Source of the DNA: Clostridia bacterium | GTDB lineage: Bacteria > Bacillota > Clostridia > Christensenellales > CAG-314 | DNA length: 64,000 bases | Direction of reading: 5' to 3' | NCBI GenBank assembly: GCA_017457305.1 | Contig: JAFTHP010000034.1 | Span: 6,414 to 70,413, forward strand | In this document: piece by piece, positions 40,345 through 49,400 of the stretch | Position numbering within the stretch: the first letter of the stretch is position 1 | Layout of the letters: every line of letters begins with the position of its first letter | Program-made: the position numbers and the translations under genes | Notes under the pieces: model-generated | What the model was told of the DNA's origin: nothing | The model's database searches: none | Seen by the model: only the letters and a program-made list of their open reading frames with translations

Positions 40345-40989
40345 CTACTTGGTTTGTTCTTGTGCTTTACTTGCACGCATCTTTTTGTTGAGCTTGCGTT
40401 GTTTTTTGATGTTCTTGATAAGCTTGAAAATGGTTGTAATTAGCTTTACAAACAACATCAATCCACTGATTGCGGTGGAGATTACGTTAAGTGGACCGCT
40501 ACGCAAATCGAAGTTTTGCAAGCCATCCCAAAATACCAAACCAGCCAAAACTAGGAATAACAAGTTGAGCACTGTTTTGAAGAACTTCAAGCTTAGTTTG
40601 TACTTTTTGATATTTTGACCAACATGCTTTTTGTCACGCACGTGCACAAACAACATTATTGTAAATACCAGCAAATATACCCCTGTTGCAATAAGAATAT
40701 AGGGGAACAAGGTGGAATCGTCCTTCCATTTGCTAATGATGCTAATAACACTTGTTAATGCAAAGAACAATGCACCCATTAGCGAAAAGATAATGTATGT
40801 GCGCATTGCTTTGTCGTTGGCCTTTTGCACCCTTTCGTTAACCTGCTGAGCTTTGTCTGCTATACCTGTTTTTTGTGCAACTTGTCTTGCAGCACTGCCA
40901 ATTCTTTGTTTTACTGTTGGCTTTGTTGTTGCTACAACTTGTTCTTCTGCCGGTTGCTCTTGTTGTTTCTTTTTACTAAATAATGCCAT
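40345..40989 (-). CDS. hypothetical membrane protein (basic N-terminus, 4 TM, Lys-rich tail)
   Basis: 214 aa, GGGGG SD, 11 nt after the upstream VanZ gene stop. No recognisable motif. Confidence 0.5.
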   Translation of the reverse strand: MALFSKKKQQEQPAEEQVVATTKPTVKQRIGSAARQVAQKTGIADKAQQVNERVQKANDKAMRTYIIFSLMGALFFALTSVISIISKWKDDSTLFPYILIATGVYLLVFTIMLFVHVRDKKHVGQNIKKYKLSLKFFKTVLNLLFLVLAGLVFWDGLQNFDLRSGPLNVISTAISGLMLFVKLITTIFKLIKNIKKQRKLNKKMRASKAQEQTK

Positions 40990-41000
40990 AACTACCCCCG

Positions 41001-42779
41001 TTATTTAGTTATTTTTCTGTTGCTATTTATAACTTGCTGCTTGCGAGCTTTTCGTACACGCTCTTGAATAGCAAGTTGTTTGTCAAACGTATTATGTACA
41101 AGCTTGTTGAACTTTCTTTTACTGCACTTGCCAATACTGATATGCTTCAATGCAAATACAAGTGCTCTTAATCTATTTTTACCAACCAATCTAATCAGCA
41201 GAAGATTGATGCCAAATAGTACTAGCATTGTTACGCAACCGCTTGCTACCCCCAACGTATCCAGTATTACGTCCATAAAGGAATAGGATCTTCCCGCTGT
41301 AAAAATAGGCAACTGGAATATTTCCGACAAGAAAGCTACCAAAAATCCGTAAACTACCGCTACTGGCAAAGCAAGCTTTTTGTGTCTAGTGCACAACAAC
41401 GATGCCGCCATAGCACAAGCCCCCAACACAAAAAATGCAGCAAAGTGGCCGGCAATCTTGCGAACAAACTGTGGAAAATTCTCATAAAAACGCACACGTA
41501 GCTGTTTGGTTGCCGTAAGCGTGCCTTGACTTGTTGTGATGGATGCCTTAATAGTTACCTTTCCTAGGCCATCAACAGAAACAACACCTTTGCTAACTGT
41601 AGCATTGCCTTTGACAACTGTCCAGGAAATATCCTTGTTTGGGATGGTTTCGCCACTATCCGTTACAAGGTTGTAATTGTTGTCGCCATATATGTACAAA
41701 TGCTCATTGCCTACTATATGTACACTTTGCGGTTCGGAAAGAACGACTGTAACAGGAACGGTAAGCACAAGGTCATCGTTGAACACACAGATAAATGTCA
41801 AAGTTGTTGTGCCAAGTTCCACTCCACGAAAACTATTTTGTTGTTCATCTACCCAAACGATGGAATTATCGGTGCTTTCAACAAGAAAGGAATCCTTATA
41901 CTCGTCGGTAATATCGTTACCGTTTTCATCCAACACCTTTTTTACAAACTTTGAAGAACGCCACTCTTCCGACATATTTACTTGGATACTTTCCGACTCT
42001 AGTACCAACGTGGTTGGCATAGGATTTACACCACTATCCACAATGTTTACAACTACTTGCTTGTTCATAGAGTAGTCGGGACCATATTGAAGTGTTACAA
42101 GTACTTGCCCTTTTTTGTAGGTAAGCAAGCGTTCGTCATTTAGTTCGGCTAACCTTGTTGGGTTGCCATCCAAATCGGTAACGGAAACCTTCAGTTCGTG
42201 GTACCAGTTGATTGACTCATAGTTTAGACCATCAATGGTCGCTGTGATATTGGGAATTTCCACCGAGCGAGCTTCAATGGTATTGCCTGCTCCAAACATA
42301 TCGTCACAGTTGATATCCACAATATCTTTAGGATTAAAACCATTGCATCTAATATCCACCGTGTAACTAACCGACGGATTATCCACAAGCGATACGCTAA
42401 CTTTAGTTTCGCCCCTACCAACGTAGCGAATCTTTCCATCTTCCACTACGGCAACACTAGGATCATCTACAGTGATTTGATATGGCAACAAATTGGATTG
42501 AGCCGGAACAGGACTAACATTTGCCAAAGAAACGTCCCCCACATATCCGCGACTTTGGGAAAGGTAAAGTTCCAATCCACTACAATCGCCGTGGTCAATG
42601 TCCACATCAGGCTTTACTGTTTGAAAAATGCCCTTGATAAAATCAGAAATTTTGGCGCTAGATGGCCCATCCAAAAAGGACACCCCCAACACACAAATAG
42701 TGGCAGCAATGCTAACCACAAAGAAAAATATTGCCATATTCCTTGCTCTTCGCAAGCTGTTGATTTTTTTATTTATCAT
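41001..42779 (-). CDS. membrane protein with extracellular Big_2-like Ig repeats and C-terminal VanZ-like domain
   Basis: Track ORF 41001..42821. Start at ATG 42777-42779 (MINKKINSL) with an AGGGG SD. N-terminal TM. Repeats such as ITVDDPSVAVVEDGKIRYVGRGETKVSV and SWTVVKGNATVSKGVVSVDGLGKVTIKA. C-terminal four-TM VanZ-like block (FLSEIFQLPIFTAGRSYSFMDVILDTLG). Confidence 0.7.
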   Translation of the reverse strand: MINKKINSLRRARNMAIFFFVVSIAATICVLGVSFLDGPSSAKISDFIKGIFQTVKPDVDIDHGDCSGLELYLSQSRGYVGDVSLANVSPVPAQSNLLPYQITVDDPSVAVVEDGKIRYVGRGETKVSVSLVDNPSVSYTVDIRCNGFNPKDIVDINCDDMFGAGNTIEARSVEIPNITATIDGLNYESINWYHELKVSVTDLDGNPTRLAELNDERLLTYKKGQVLVTLQYGPDYSMNKQVVVNIVDSGVNPMPTTLVLESESIQVNMSEEWRSSKFVKKVLDENGNDITDEYKDSFLVESTDNSIVWVDEQQNSFRGVELGTTTLTFICVFNDDLVLTVPVTVVLSEPQSVHIVGNEHLYIYGDNNYNLVTDSGETIPNKDISWTVVKGNATVSKGVVSVDGLGKVTIKASITTSQGTLTATKQLRVRFYENFPQFVRKIAGHFAAFFVLGACAMAASLLCTRHKKLALPVAVVYGFLVAFLSEIFQLPIFTAGRSYSFMDVILDTLGVASGCVTMLVLFGINLLLIRLVGKNRLRALVFALKHISIGKCSKRKFNKLVHNTFDKQLAIQERVRKARKQQVINSNRKITK

Positions 42780-43245
42780 ATTGTACGCCCCTTTAAGTAG
42801 CTTACTTGTACACTTTAGCAAGCTTTATTACATACTTATCTTGTAACCAGCAAAATGCAAAAACAACAATCTTTGCATAATACAGCCCAAACAAAAACCA
42901 ACATTTTGCCACAGTAATCTAGGATAAATATTTTTTCATCATTACTACTATATAACAAATCAACAAAAATTTCAATACCAAAATGATTATTTGTTTCTTT
43001 TTTTGCTTGCCTTTACTCATACTTTTGTCATTTTAACATAGGGTATAAGTAGATAATTAGTTTAGCATATTGAAAGGATTGTATGCATAATTACAACCGC
43101 TCAATTACCCTCATCTTTGTTTGAAAAATTAGATTTGGCCACGTGCAAATTGAACAAGTTGCAGCCCATTAGTCACAAAATTATAATTAGGTAGAAAAAT
43201 CACAAAAAATAATGATAAAAATTAAAAGAATTTTCAAAAAACATA

Positions 43246-43274
43246 TTGATTTTTGATTTTCAATTTAGTATAAT
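43246..43274 (+). promoter_or_regulatory. sigma-A-type promoter (TTGATT-17-TATAAT) of hydrolase gene leader
   Basis: TTGATT TTTGATTTTCAATTTAG TATAAT, about 205 nt upstream of ATG 43487. Confidence 0.6.
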
Positions 43275-43292
43275 AACTATACTTTAAAAACA

Positions 43293-43331
43293 ATGAACAA
43301 AATATCACTTTTGAACTCCGTGGCAAGCTAA
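43293..43331 (+). other. candidate 12-codon leader peptide (MNKISLLNSVAS) overlapping the 5' arm of a terminator-like hairpin
   Basis: The ORF lies close to the predicted TSS and has no SD. Its stop TAA (43329-43331) directly abuts/overlaps the end of stem arm GCAAGCU (43323-43329), which pairs with AGCUUGC (43372-43378) followed by U7. Confidence 0.25.
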
Positions 43332-43486
43332 CCTAAATTAAGTACTTTTTCGTCTAAAATACATCAACCTAAGCTTGCTTTTTTTATCCCCTAAATACTA
43401 TTCACAATAGTAAAGGTTCATTTTTGATACTTTTAGTTCACGTAGAGTGAACGGGTAAATAATAAAAAAACAAAAGGAGGAATTTG

Positions 43487-45862
43487 ATGATGGATAATCA
43501 AGTTCAAGGACAAGGCGCTCGTCAAAAGCGCATCATCATCACATTGGCAATTTGTATTGCAGCCATTTTGTTTGCTACCATTATTGGTTCTTGCATCCAA
43601 ACAGCTGGCTGGTCATACACAGTTGAAGATTTGCGTAATGTGTCCAACTCGGGCAAAATTACTCGCCTCAACGATGCCGGTGTAGAAGAAAAATACGACG
43701 TTAATGGTAACGTAGAATCTGGTTTGCTTTTCATCCCTAAGAAAGCAAGCGCAGAAAACAAAGTACCAGCAATCGTATTTACACACGGTTTGTACAACAA
43801 CCGCGAAATGCAACTTCAAAACGTAATTGAAATGGTACGTCGTGGCTATGTTGTATTGGCACTTGACTACGGCGGACATGGACACAACGCTGAAGAAGAA
43901 CAAATTGATACAATGGGTATGCAATCCAACTACGGTTACACCCCATATATCATGTTGGCAGCAGCTAAATACCTATACAACCTACCAATGGTAGATCAAA
44001 GCAAGATTGGTGTATCTGGTCACTCCATGGGTGGTGGCGCTACAACCAACACATTGCAAATCGACGGTATTGACTCCACATACTCCGACAGCCTCACAAC
44101 TGGCGCATTGGCATCTGCTAATGACGAAAGCCGTAAAGCAGGTTACCACCTTGGTATCGTTTCTGCAGCTTTGACACAAGCAAATGACGTTACAAACATG
44201 TTTGGTTACATGGATACAGCTTCCATCGGTAGCAACGTTATTGCAGCAGGTGTTTTGAAGGCTTCTGCAGACGAATTTTTCTTTAGTAGCACATTGAAAG
44301 AAGCTGCTTACTTGAGAGTATCCAAAGCTGATGTAGATGAAACAAACTACACAAACTACTACTTGAAAGATAAAGACGGCAACTACGTACAACAAAATGC
44401 AGGTCAAAAATTTAGACCAGGCAAACAATACTACACTCTTACAACAAGTGGTAGCGCTTACGTATACCTCAACACAGTAAACGCTGTATCTTTTGTAACT
44501 GGTGTTTCCAAGTTTGCTATCCCAATGATTCCAACCATCACCGAATACAAAGTTGCTAACGGCGGTATTTACGTAAACGGTAAATTGGAATATCAACCAA
44601 AAGTTAAAGTATACGACACATTGGATACAGCTAGTGGCGGCGTGCTTGAACGTACTTACCCAGTAATGCGCGACCTTGTTTCCGCACAAAGAAAGGGTGA
44701 AGCTATTGCTTCTGCTACAAACAAGATTCGCGTTATTTACGAAGCACGTGAAACTCACCCAATGAACCACTTCTCCGTTCAATCTGCAGCCCACGTAATT
44801 GACTTCTTCTACAACGCATTTGGTGTTTCCCCAGTTGGAAAATACATTGCTCCATCCAACCAAACATGGTGGATCAAGGAAGCTGTTTCTATCATCGGCT
44901 TCATTGGTATCTTCGGTTTGTTGTTCCCTGTACTAGACCTATTGCTTGGAACAAAATTGTTTGCTTCCCTAAAGGGCGAACCAGCAGAAGGCCCAGTTCT
45001 TCTCACTCGTCCACGCAAACACGTAACTTACTGGCTATCTGGTATTTTGACAGCAATCTTCGGTGCAATCAGCTTGAAGAATATGTATGGCGACAACAGC
45101 TGGCGCATCTACAACGACATCCTAGCAATCTTTAATGACAGCAGATTTGTATACAATGATACAGTTGCTAGATTTGCTGCTTGGGGTATGTTGTGTGGCG
45201 TATTTGGCCTGATTGTTTCCGCTGTAATTTGGCTAATCAACAGAGGCATCAACGCATTTGTTCACGGTGATGAATATGCGGCTCACGATGAATCTCCATT
45301 TGAAGGATTCAAGATTAGAAGCTGGCAAAACGTTTTGAAGACTCCATTGCTTGCAGCTATCTTGCTTGCAGTATTCTATGGTGTAATCAACCTAATGTGG
45401 AGCGTATTCCTTGTAGACTTGCGTTTCTGGACATTTGACTTGAGAGTATTTGATCTCATCCGCGTTCCAGCTATGGTTCAATACCTTCCATACTTCTTCA
45501 TCTTCTACATGATCACTTCCGCTTTGAGCCAAAACTACAGAGTAAAGGATCTTCCAGAATGGGCTACAATTGCTATCAACGTAGTATTCAACGTAATTGG
45601 TATTGTAATCTTGTTGTGGTCTTCCAACAGCTACTTCATCCGTACTGGTACTCAAATTGCAACATCCAGCTTGTTCTACATTGCAGCTATTCCAATTATT
45701 CCATGCGTAGGCTTTGCAACAGTAATTGCACGCAGAATGTACGTTCGTACAGGCAATGCATGGCTAGCTGGTATTGTTAACGCAGTAATCATGACATTCT
45801 TTGCTTGCGCTAACACATCCTTGGCTATTGGTGCTCACGTAGGTTGGGTTTTGGGTGCTTAA
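43487..45862 (+). CDS. membrane-anchored alpha/beta hydrolase fused to a C-terminal polytopic membrane domain
   Basis: About 791 aa. AGGAGG SD 6 nt before ATG 43487. N-terminal signal-anchor, nucleophile elbow GHSMGG, then eight or more hydrophobic segments in the last 330 aa or so. Confidence 0.7.
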   Translation: MMDNQVQGQGARQKRIIITLAICIAAILFATIIGSCIQTAGWSYTVEDLRNVSNSGKITRLNDAGVEEKYDVNGNVESGLLFIPKKASAENKVPAIVFTHGLYNNREMQLQNVIEMVRRGYVVLALDYGGHGHNAEEEQIDTMGMQSNYGYTPYIMLAAAKYLYNLPMVDQSKIGVSGHSMGGGATTNTLQIDGIDSTYSDSLTTGALASANDESRKAGYHLGIVSAALTQANDVTNMFGYMDTASIGSNVIAAGVLKASADEFFFSSTLKEAAYLRVSKADVDETNYTNYYLKDKDGNYVQQNAGQKFRPGKQYYTLTTSGSAYVYLNTVNAVSFVTGVSKFAIPMIPTITEYKVANGGIYVNGKLEYQPKVKVYDTLDTASGGVLERTYPVMRDLVSAQRKGEAIASATNKIRVIYEARETHPMNHFSVQSAAHVIDFFYNAFGVSPVGKYIAPSNQTWWIKEAVSIIGFIGIFGLLFPVLDLLLGTKLFASLKGEPAEGPVLLTRPRKHVTYWLSGILTAIFGAISLKNMYGDNSWRIYNDILAIFNDSRFVYNDTVARFAAWGMLCGVFGLIVSAVIWLINRGINAFVHGDEYAAHDESPFEGFKIRSWQNVLKTPLLAAILLAVFYGVINLMWSVFLVDLRFWTFDLRVFDLIRVPAMVQYLPYFFIFYMITSALSQNYRVKDLPEWATIAINVVFNVIGIVILLWSSNSYFIRTGTQIATSSLFYIAAIPIIPCVGFATVIARRMYVRTGNAWLAGIVNAVIMTFFACANTSLAIGAHVGWVLGA

Positions 45863-45917
45863 TTAGATTACAGTTTTAGCTGAAAATCTTTGCATAAACA
45901 TCTAACAAAAATTAAAA

Positions 45918-45946
45918 GTGGGGCGAAATATTCGCCCCATTTTTTT
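45918..45946 (+). terminator. intrinsic terminator after hydrolase gene
   Basis: GUGGGGCGAA-AUA-UUCGCCCCA followed by U7. Confidence 0.85.
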
Positions 45947-46085
45947 GTGCAAAGAAAACTATTTAGTATCAACAATATCTGGTAGATTTATCAAAGCAAT
46001 GCACAACTACACAATCACAATTGCACAAGTGAGCATATCTACACAAATACATACAAGCCAACAAATTACTGCCAGTTAATAGTAT

Positions 46086-46117
46086 CAAAAAAAGCCATTG
46101 ACGCAATGTCAATGGCT
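46086..46117 (-). terminator. intrinsic terminator after GGGtGRT gene (bidirectional hairpin)
   Basis: AGCCAUUGAC-loop-GUCAAUGGCU followed by U7 on the minus strand. Confidence 0.85.
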
Positions 46118-46144
46118 TGTTTTGTTTATTTGATTTTTGCAATA

Positions 46145-47143
46145 CTATTTGCTAAGGCTAACTGCAACTGCGCAAGCAACTGTAGCACCAACCATTGGGT
46201 TGTTGCCCATACCGATCAAGCCCATCATTTCTACGTGAGCAGGAACGGAAGAGGAACCAGCAAATTGTGCATCGCTGTGCATACGACCAAGAGTATCTGT
46301 CATACCGTAGGAAGCAGGACCTGCAGCTACGTTATCTGGGTGCAATGTACGACCTGTGCCACCACCGGAAGCAACGGAGAAGTACTTTTTGCCATTTTCG
46401 ATACACCACTTTTTGTATGTACCAGCAACTGGGTGTTGGAAACGAGTTGGGTTTGTGCTGTTACCTGTGATGGAAACGTCAACTCTTTCCTTTGCCATGA
46501 TAGCAACACCTTCGTTAACGTCGTTAGCACCGTAGCAACGAACCTTGCTGCGTTCGCCATCGGAGAAAGCAACTTCACAAACAACCTTTAGTTCGCCTGT
46601 GTAGAAGTCATATTCTGTTTCTACGTATGTGAAACCATTGATACGGCTGATGATGTAAGCTGCGTCCTTTCCAAGACCGTTCAAGATAACGCGGAGTGGG
46701 CTCTTGCGAGCTTTGTTAGCGTTACGAGCAATACCGATAGCACCTTCTGCAGCGGCAAAGCTTTCGTGACCAGCAAGAAATGCGAAGCAATCTGTTTCTT
46801 CTCTAAGAAGCATTGCGCCAAGGTTACCGTGGCCAAGACCTACTTTACGTTGGTCGGCAACAGAACCAGGGATGCAAAATGCTTGAAGTCCCAAACCGAT
46901 GCATTCTGCAACTTCTGCAGCTTCCTTAACGCCCTTTTGATATGCAATAGCACAACCAAGAGTGTAAGCCCAAACGGCATTTTCAAATGCGATTGGTTGA
47001 ACGCCCTTTACAATTTCTTCTACGTTAACACCGTGAGATAGGCAAATTTCACGTGCTTGTTCTAGTGATTCAAGTCCGTATTGAGCAAGTTCGGCGTTGA
47101 TTTTGTCTATTCTTCTTTCATAACCTTCAAATCTGATAGCCAT
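46145..47143 (-). CDS. GGGtGRT-family protein (conserved, function unknown)
   Basis: Track ORF 46145..47149. The second ATG (47141-47143) is better spaced from the GGGAGGA SD. Contains the eponymous SGGGTGRTLHPDN motif. Confidence 0.8.
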   Translation of the reverse strand: MAIRFEGYERRIDKINAELAQYGLESLEQAREICLSHGVNVEEIVKGVQPIAFENAVWAYTLGCAIAYQKGVKEAAEVAECIGLGLQAFCIPGSVADQRKVGLGHGNLGAMLLREETDCFAFLAGHESFAAAEGAIGIARNANKARKSPLRVILNGLGKDAAYIISRINGFTYVETEYDFYTGELKVVCEVAFSDGERSKVRCYGANDVNEGVAIMAKERVDVSITGNSTNPTRFQHPVAGTYKKWCIENGKKYFSVASGGGTGRTLHPDNVAAGPASYGMTDTLGRMHSDAQFAGSSSVPAHVEMMGLIGMGNNPMVGATVACAVAVSLSK

Positions 47144-47160
47144 TGTCATTTCCTCCCCTA

Positions 47161-47853
47161 TTACTCATTACGTGGAATGATGTACTTAGCAGCATTGTCA
47201 AAACGACCGTAGTGCTTTTTAGCCTTTTCCAAAGCTTCGTTGCCACTTACGCCTTCTGAGATGAGCTTCATCATTACGCCAAGGTTAACATATTCGTAAC
47301 CACAAATTTCGCCATTTTCGTCCAAAGCACAACGAGTTACGTAGCCTTCTGCCATTTCCAAATAGCGTGGGCCCTTAACTTTTGTTGAGTACATTGTACC
47401 AACTTGGGAACGCAATCCTTTACCAAGGTCTTCCAAACCTGCGCCTACTGGCAAACCAGCATCGGAGAAAGCAGATTGTGTACGGCCGTAAACGATTTGC
47501 AAGAAAAGTTCACGCATTGCAACGTTGATAGCATCACAAACAAGGTCTGTGTTGAGAGCTTCCAACAATGTTTTGCCGGGCAAAATTTCTGCAGCCATAG
47601 CAGCAGAGTGAGTCATACCGGAGCAACCGATTGTTTCTACAAGGGCTTCTTCGATAATACCGTTTTTGATGTTGAGTGTTAGCTTGCATGTGCCTTGTTG
47701 GGGTGCACAGCATCCGCAACCGTGTGTAAGACCGCTGATATCCTTGATATCATAAGCCTTGACCCATTGTCCTTCTTCGGGGATGGGAGCAGGTCCGTGA
47801 TTGCAACCCTTTGCCACACATTGCATGAGTTCTACTTCGTGTGAATATTGCAT
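47161..47853 (-). CDS. NifU/IscU-like Fe-S scaffold-domain protein with C-terminal extension
   Basis: 230 aa. Cys-rich N-terminal half (HGCGCCAPQQGTC, GCSGMTHSAAMAAE) resembling the NifU N-terminal domain. GGAGG SD. 11 nt upstream of the GGGtGRT gene. Confidence 0.7.
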   Translation of the reverse strand: MQYSHEVELMQCVAKGCNHGPAPIPEEGQWVKAYDIKDISGLTHGCGCCAPQQGTCKLTLNIKNGIIEEALVETIGCSGMTHSAAMAAEILPGKTLLEALNTDLVCDAINVAMRELFLQIVYGRTQSAFSDAGLPVGAGLEDLGKGLRSQVGTMYSTKVKGPRYLEMAEGYVTRCALDENGEICGYEYVNLGVMMKLISEGVSGNEALEKAKKHYGRFDNAAKYIIPRNE

Positions 47854-47889
47854 GATAATGCGTCCTCCAATTATTTTTTAAGCGAAATA

Positions 47890-47918
47890 ATTATACCACA
47901 ATGCGCTACTATTCGCAA
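47890..47918 (-). promoter_or_regulatory. sigma-A-type promoter of NifU-like/GGGtGRT operon (TTGCGA-17-TATAAT, TGn)
   Basis: Reverse complement reads TTGCGA ATAGTAGCGCATTGTGG TATAAT. Confidence 0.6.
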
Positions 47919-48180
47919 GACTTTGGTATATATTTTTGTTCAAATTGCTATTGTAAAAACTTTGTATTGCAATAGTTTTTTATAATAAAACACCCGTTAG
48001 GTAGCACAAAATAACTATTGGCTGTACTGACATTACTAAACAAACAACTAAATAGCACACAAGACCGTCGTTGGTAATTAAATTGATGCGACATTTTTGA
48101 CAAGAAATTTTTCTTTTTCTACCGCATCATGCACAAGAAATACAAACAAATGTCCACTATACAAACTAGCAGTTTTTCAC

Positions 48181-48212
48181 AATAAAATAGGCAGGACATT
48201 GTATCCTGCCTA
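48181..48212 (-). terminator. intrinsic terminator after surface-protein gene
   Basis: Minus-strand RNA UAGGCAGGA-loop-UCCUGCCUA followed by UUUUAUU. Confidence 0.65.
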
Positions 48213-48230
48213 ATTAGTTAATTCAATTTA

Positions 48231-49241
48231 TTATTGTTGGTCGTTTGTTTCGTCAGATGTTTCTTCTGTGTAGTGAACGCGACCTGTGTTTTGCTCAGCT
48301 TGCTTTGGCTTTACAAAAATCAAAAGAGCAATACCAACAAGGCACAAACCTGCAACGCAGAAGCAGATAATCTTCCATGTTTCAATCTTTTGCTCTTGTT
48401 CTACAACAACGTCACTTTCTACAACGGTAAGCTTAGCTACAAATGGATCTGCAACGTTGCCCCAAGCATCTGTTAGAGTGTAAACAACGTAGTATCTTGC
48501 GCCAAGATCTTCTTGCAAACCTGTGATTGTTCCGCTTGTGGAAATAAAGCTGGAGTAATCTTCTGTCTTTTCGCCGTTTTCGTCTTCAGCATAGTTTTTG
48601 CCTGTTTTGCTATCGTAAACAAGTGTAAGAGCTTTGATTGCTGCAAGGTCTGTCAAATCAGCTGTTCCCTTGTATACAACGTATGTTACGGATACGCTGG
48701 AAGCATCGTCACGTTTTACATAGCTTGTTGTTGTGCCAACTGCCTTTGTGGAGCCAACCTTGATTTGTCTTTCTGCTTCTGTATCGAAGCTTGCACCAAG
48801 TTCGATATCCTTAGGAGCTGTTGTATCCTTTGTTACAAATGTAAATTGACTGCTGTACTTAACTGTTTCTTCAGCGTTTTCTGTAGCCTTGTATCTGATA
48901 ACGTATTGGAAGGAATATTCGCCATCGCTAACGATGTTCATGCCCTTGTCCAAGTCGTATTCTGTAGACCAATCGTTTGCGCCTGGAGCCCAGTAACGAA
49001 CCTTGATTGTGTCGCCTTCGGCATAACCTTCGAAAACTGTCTTGAGTTGGTCAAGTGTAAGTGGAAGCTTGTATTCGTCACTCTTTTCGATGGAGCGTGG
49101 AAGCGCATTTACAATTTCTGCCAACTTTTCGTTGTTAACTGTAACAGTATGTTCTGTTTGGCCGTCAGCAAAAGCAACTGTAACAGAGCAAAGGCTGAAA
49201 ACCAAAATAAGTGCAATAAGTAAACTAAAAATCTTTTTCAC
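48231..49241 (-). CDS. secreted Ig-like-repeat protein with C-terminal TM anchor and acidic tail
   Basis: Track ORF 48231..49304. GTG 49239-49241 preferred because of a GGAGG SD 6 nt upstream and because it yields the signal peptide MKKIFSLLIALILVFSLCSVTVAFA. Beta-rich repeats (YVVYTLTDAWGNVADPFVAKLTV). TM segment WKIICFCVAGLCLVGIALLIFV. Confidence 0.6.
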   Translation of the reverse strand: MKKIFSLLIALILVFSLCSVTVAFADGQTEHTVTVNNEKLAEIVNALPRSIEKSDEYKLPLTLDQLKTVFEGYAEGDTIKVRYWAPGANDWSTEYDLDKGMNIVSDGEYSFQYVIRYKATENAEETVKYSSQFTFVTKDTTAPKDIELGASFDTEAERQIKVGSTKAVGTTTSYVKRDDASSVSVTYVVYKGTADLTDLAAIKALTLVYDSKTGKNYAEDENGEKTEDYSSFISTSGTITGLQEDLGARYYVVYTLTDAWGNVADPFVAKLTVVESDVVVEQEQKIETWKIICFCVAGLCLVGIALLIFVKPKQAEQNTGRVHYTEETSDETNDQQ

Positions 49242-49312
49242 AATAATCCTCCGAGGGGCTAAACCCCACAATTTAAGTGGTGAAAAAGGCATTTTCCACC
49301 ACATATAAAGGT

Positions 49313-49341
49313 ATTTTACAATTTATTTGTAATGTTGTCAA
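49313..49341 (-). promoter_or_regulatory. sigma-A-type promoter of surface-protein gene (TTGACA-17-TAAAAT)
   Basis: Reverse complement reads TTGACA ACATTACAAATAAATTG TAAAAT. Confidence 0.55.
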
Positions 49342-49400
49342 CAATTTGGCAAAGGTATTGAAAATAACTGCTAAATTTTTATTATAATTATTGACAAAAA

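Noticed and set aside
43982-44863. 293-aa minus-strand ORF opposite the hydrolase gene.
   Set aside because: It is an antisense shadow ORF with a Cys/Val-rich nonsense-like composition and no SD or promoter.
44800-45862. CPBP/Rce1-like intramembrane protease domain at the C-terminus of the hydrolase fusion (…RRMYVRTGNAWLAGIVNAVI… resembles the last CPBP motif).
   Set aside because: The EExxxR and FxxxH motifs and the conserved His of the last motif are not present. The evidence is insufficient.
48513-49223. 236-aa Cys-rich plus-strand ORF opposite the surface-protein gene.
   Set aside because: It is an antisense shadow. Its composition (many C, F, V) is typical of the reverse frame of a T/E/K/D-rich gene.
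49302-49304. ATG at 49304 as a fifth leaderless start (the -10 TAAAAT ends 8 nt upstream).
   Set aside because: The spacing differs from the four N6 cases. An in-frame GTG 21 codons downstream has a perfect GGAGG SD and produces a textbook signal peptide.
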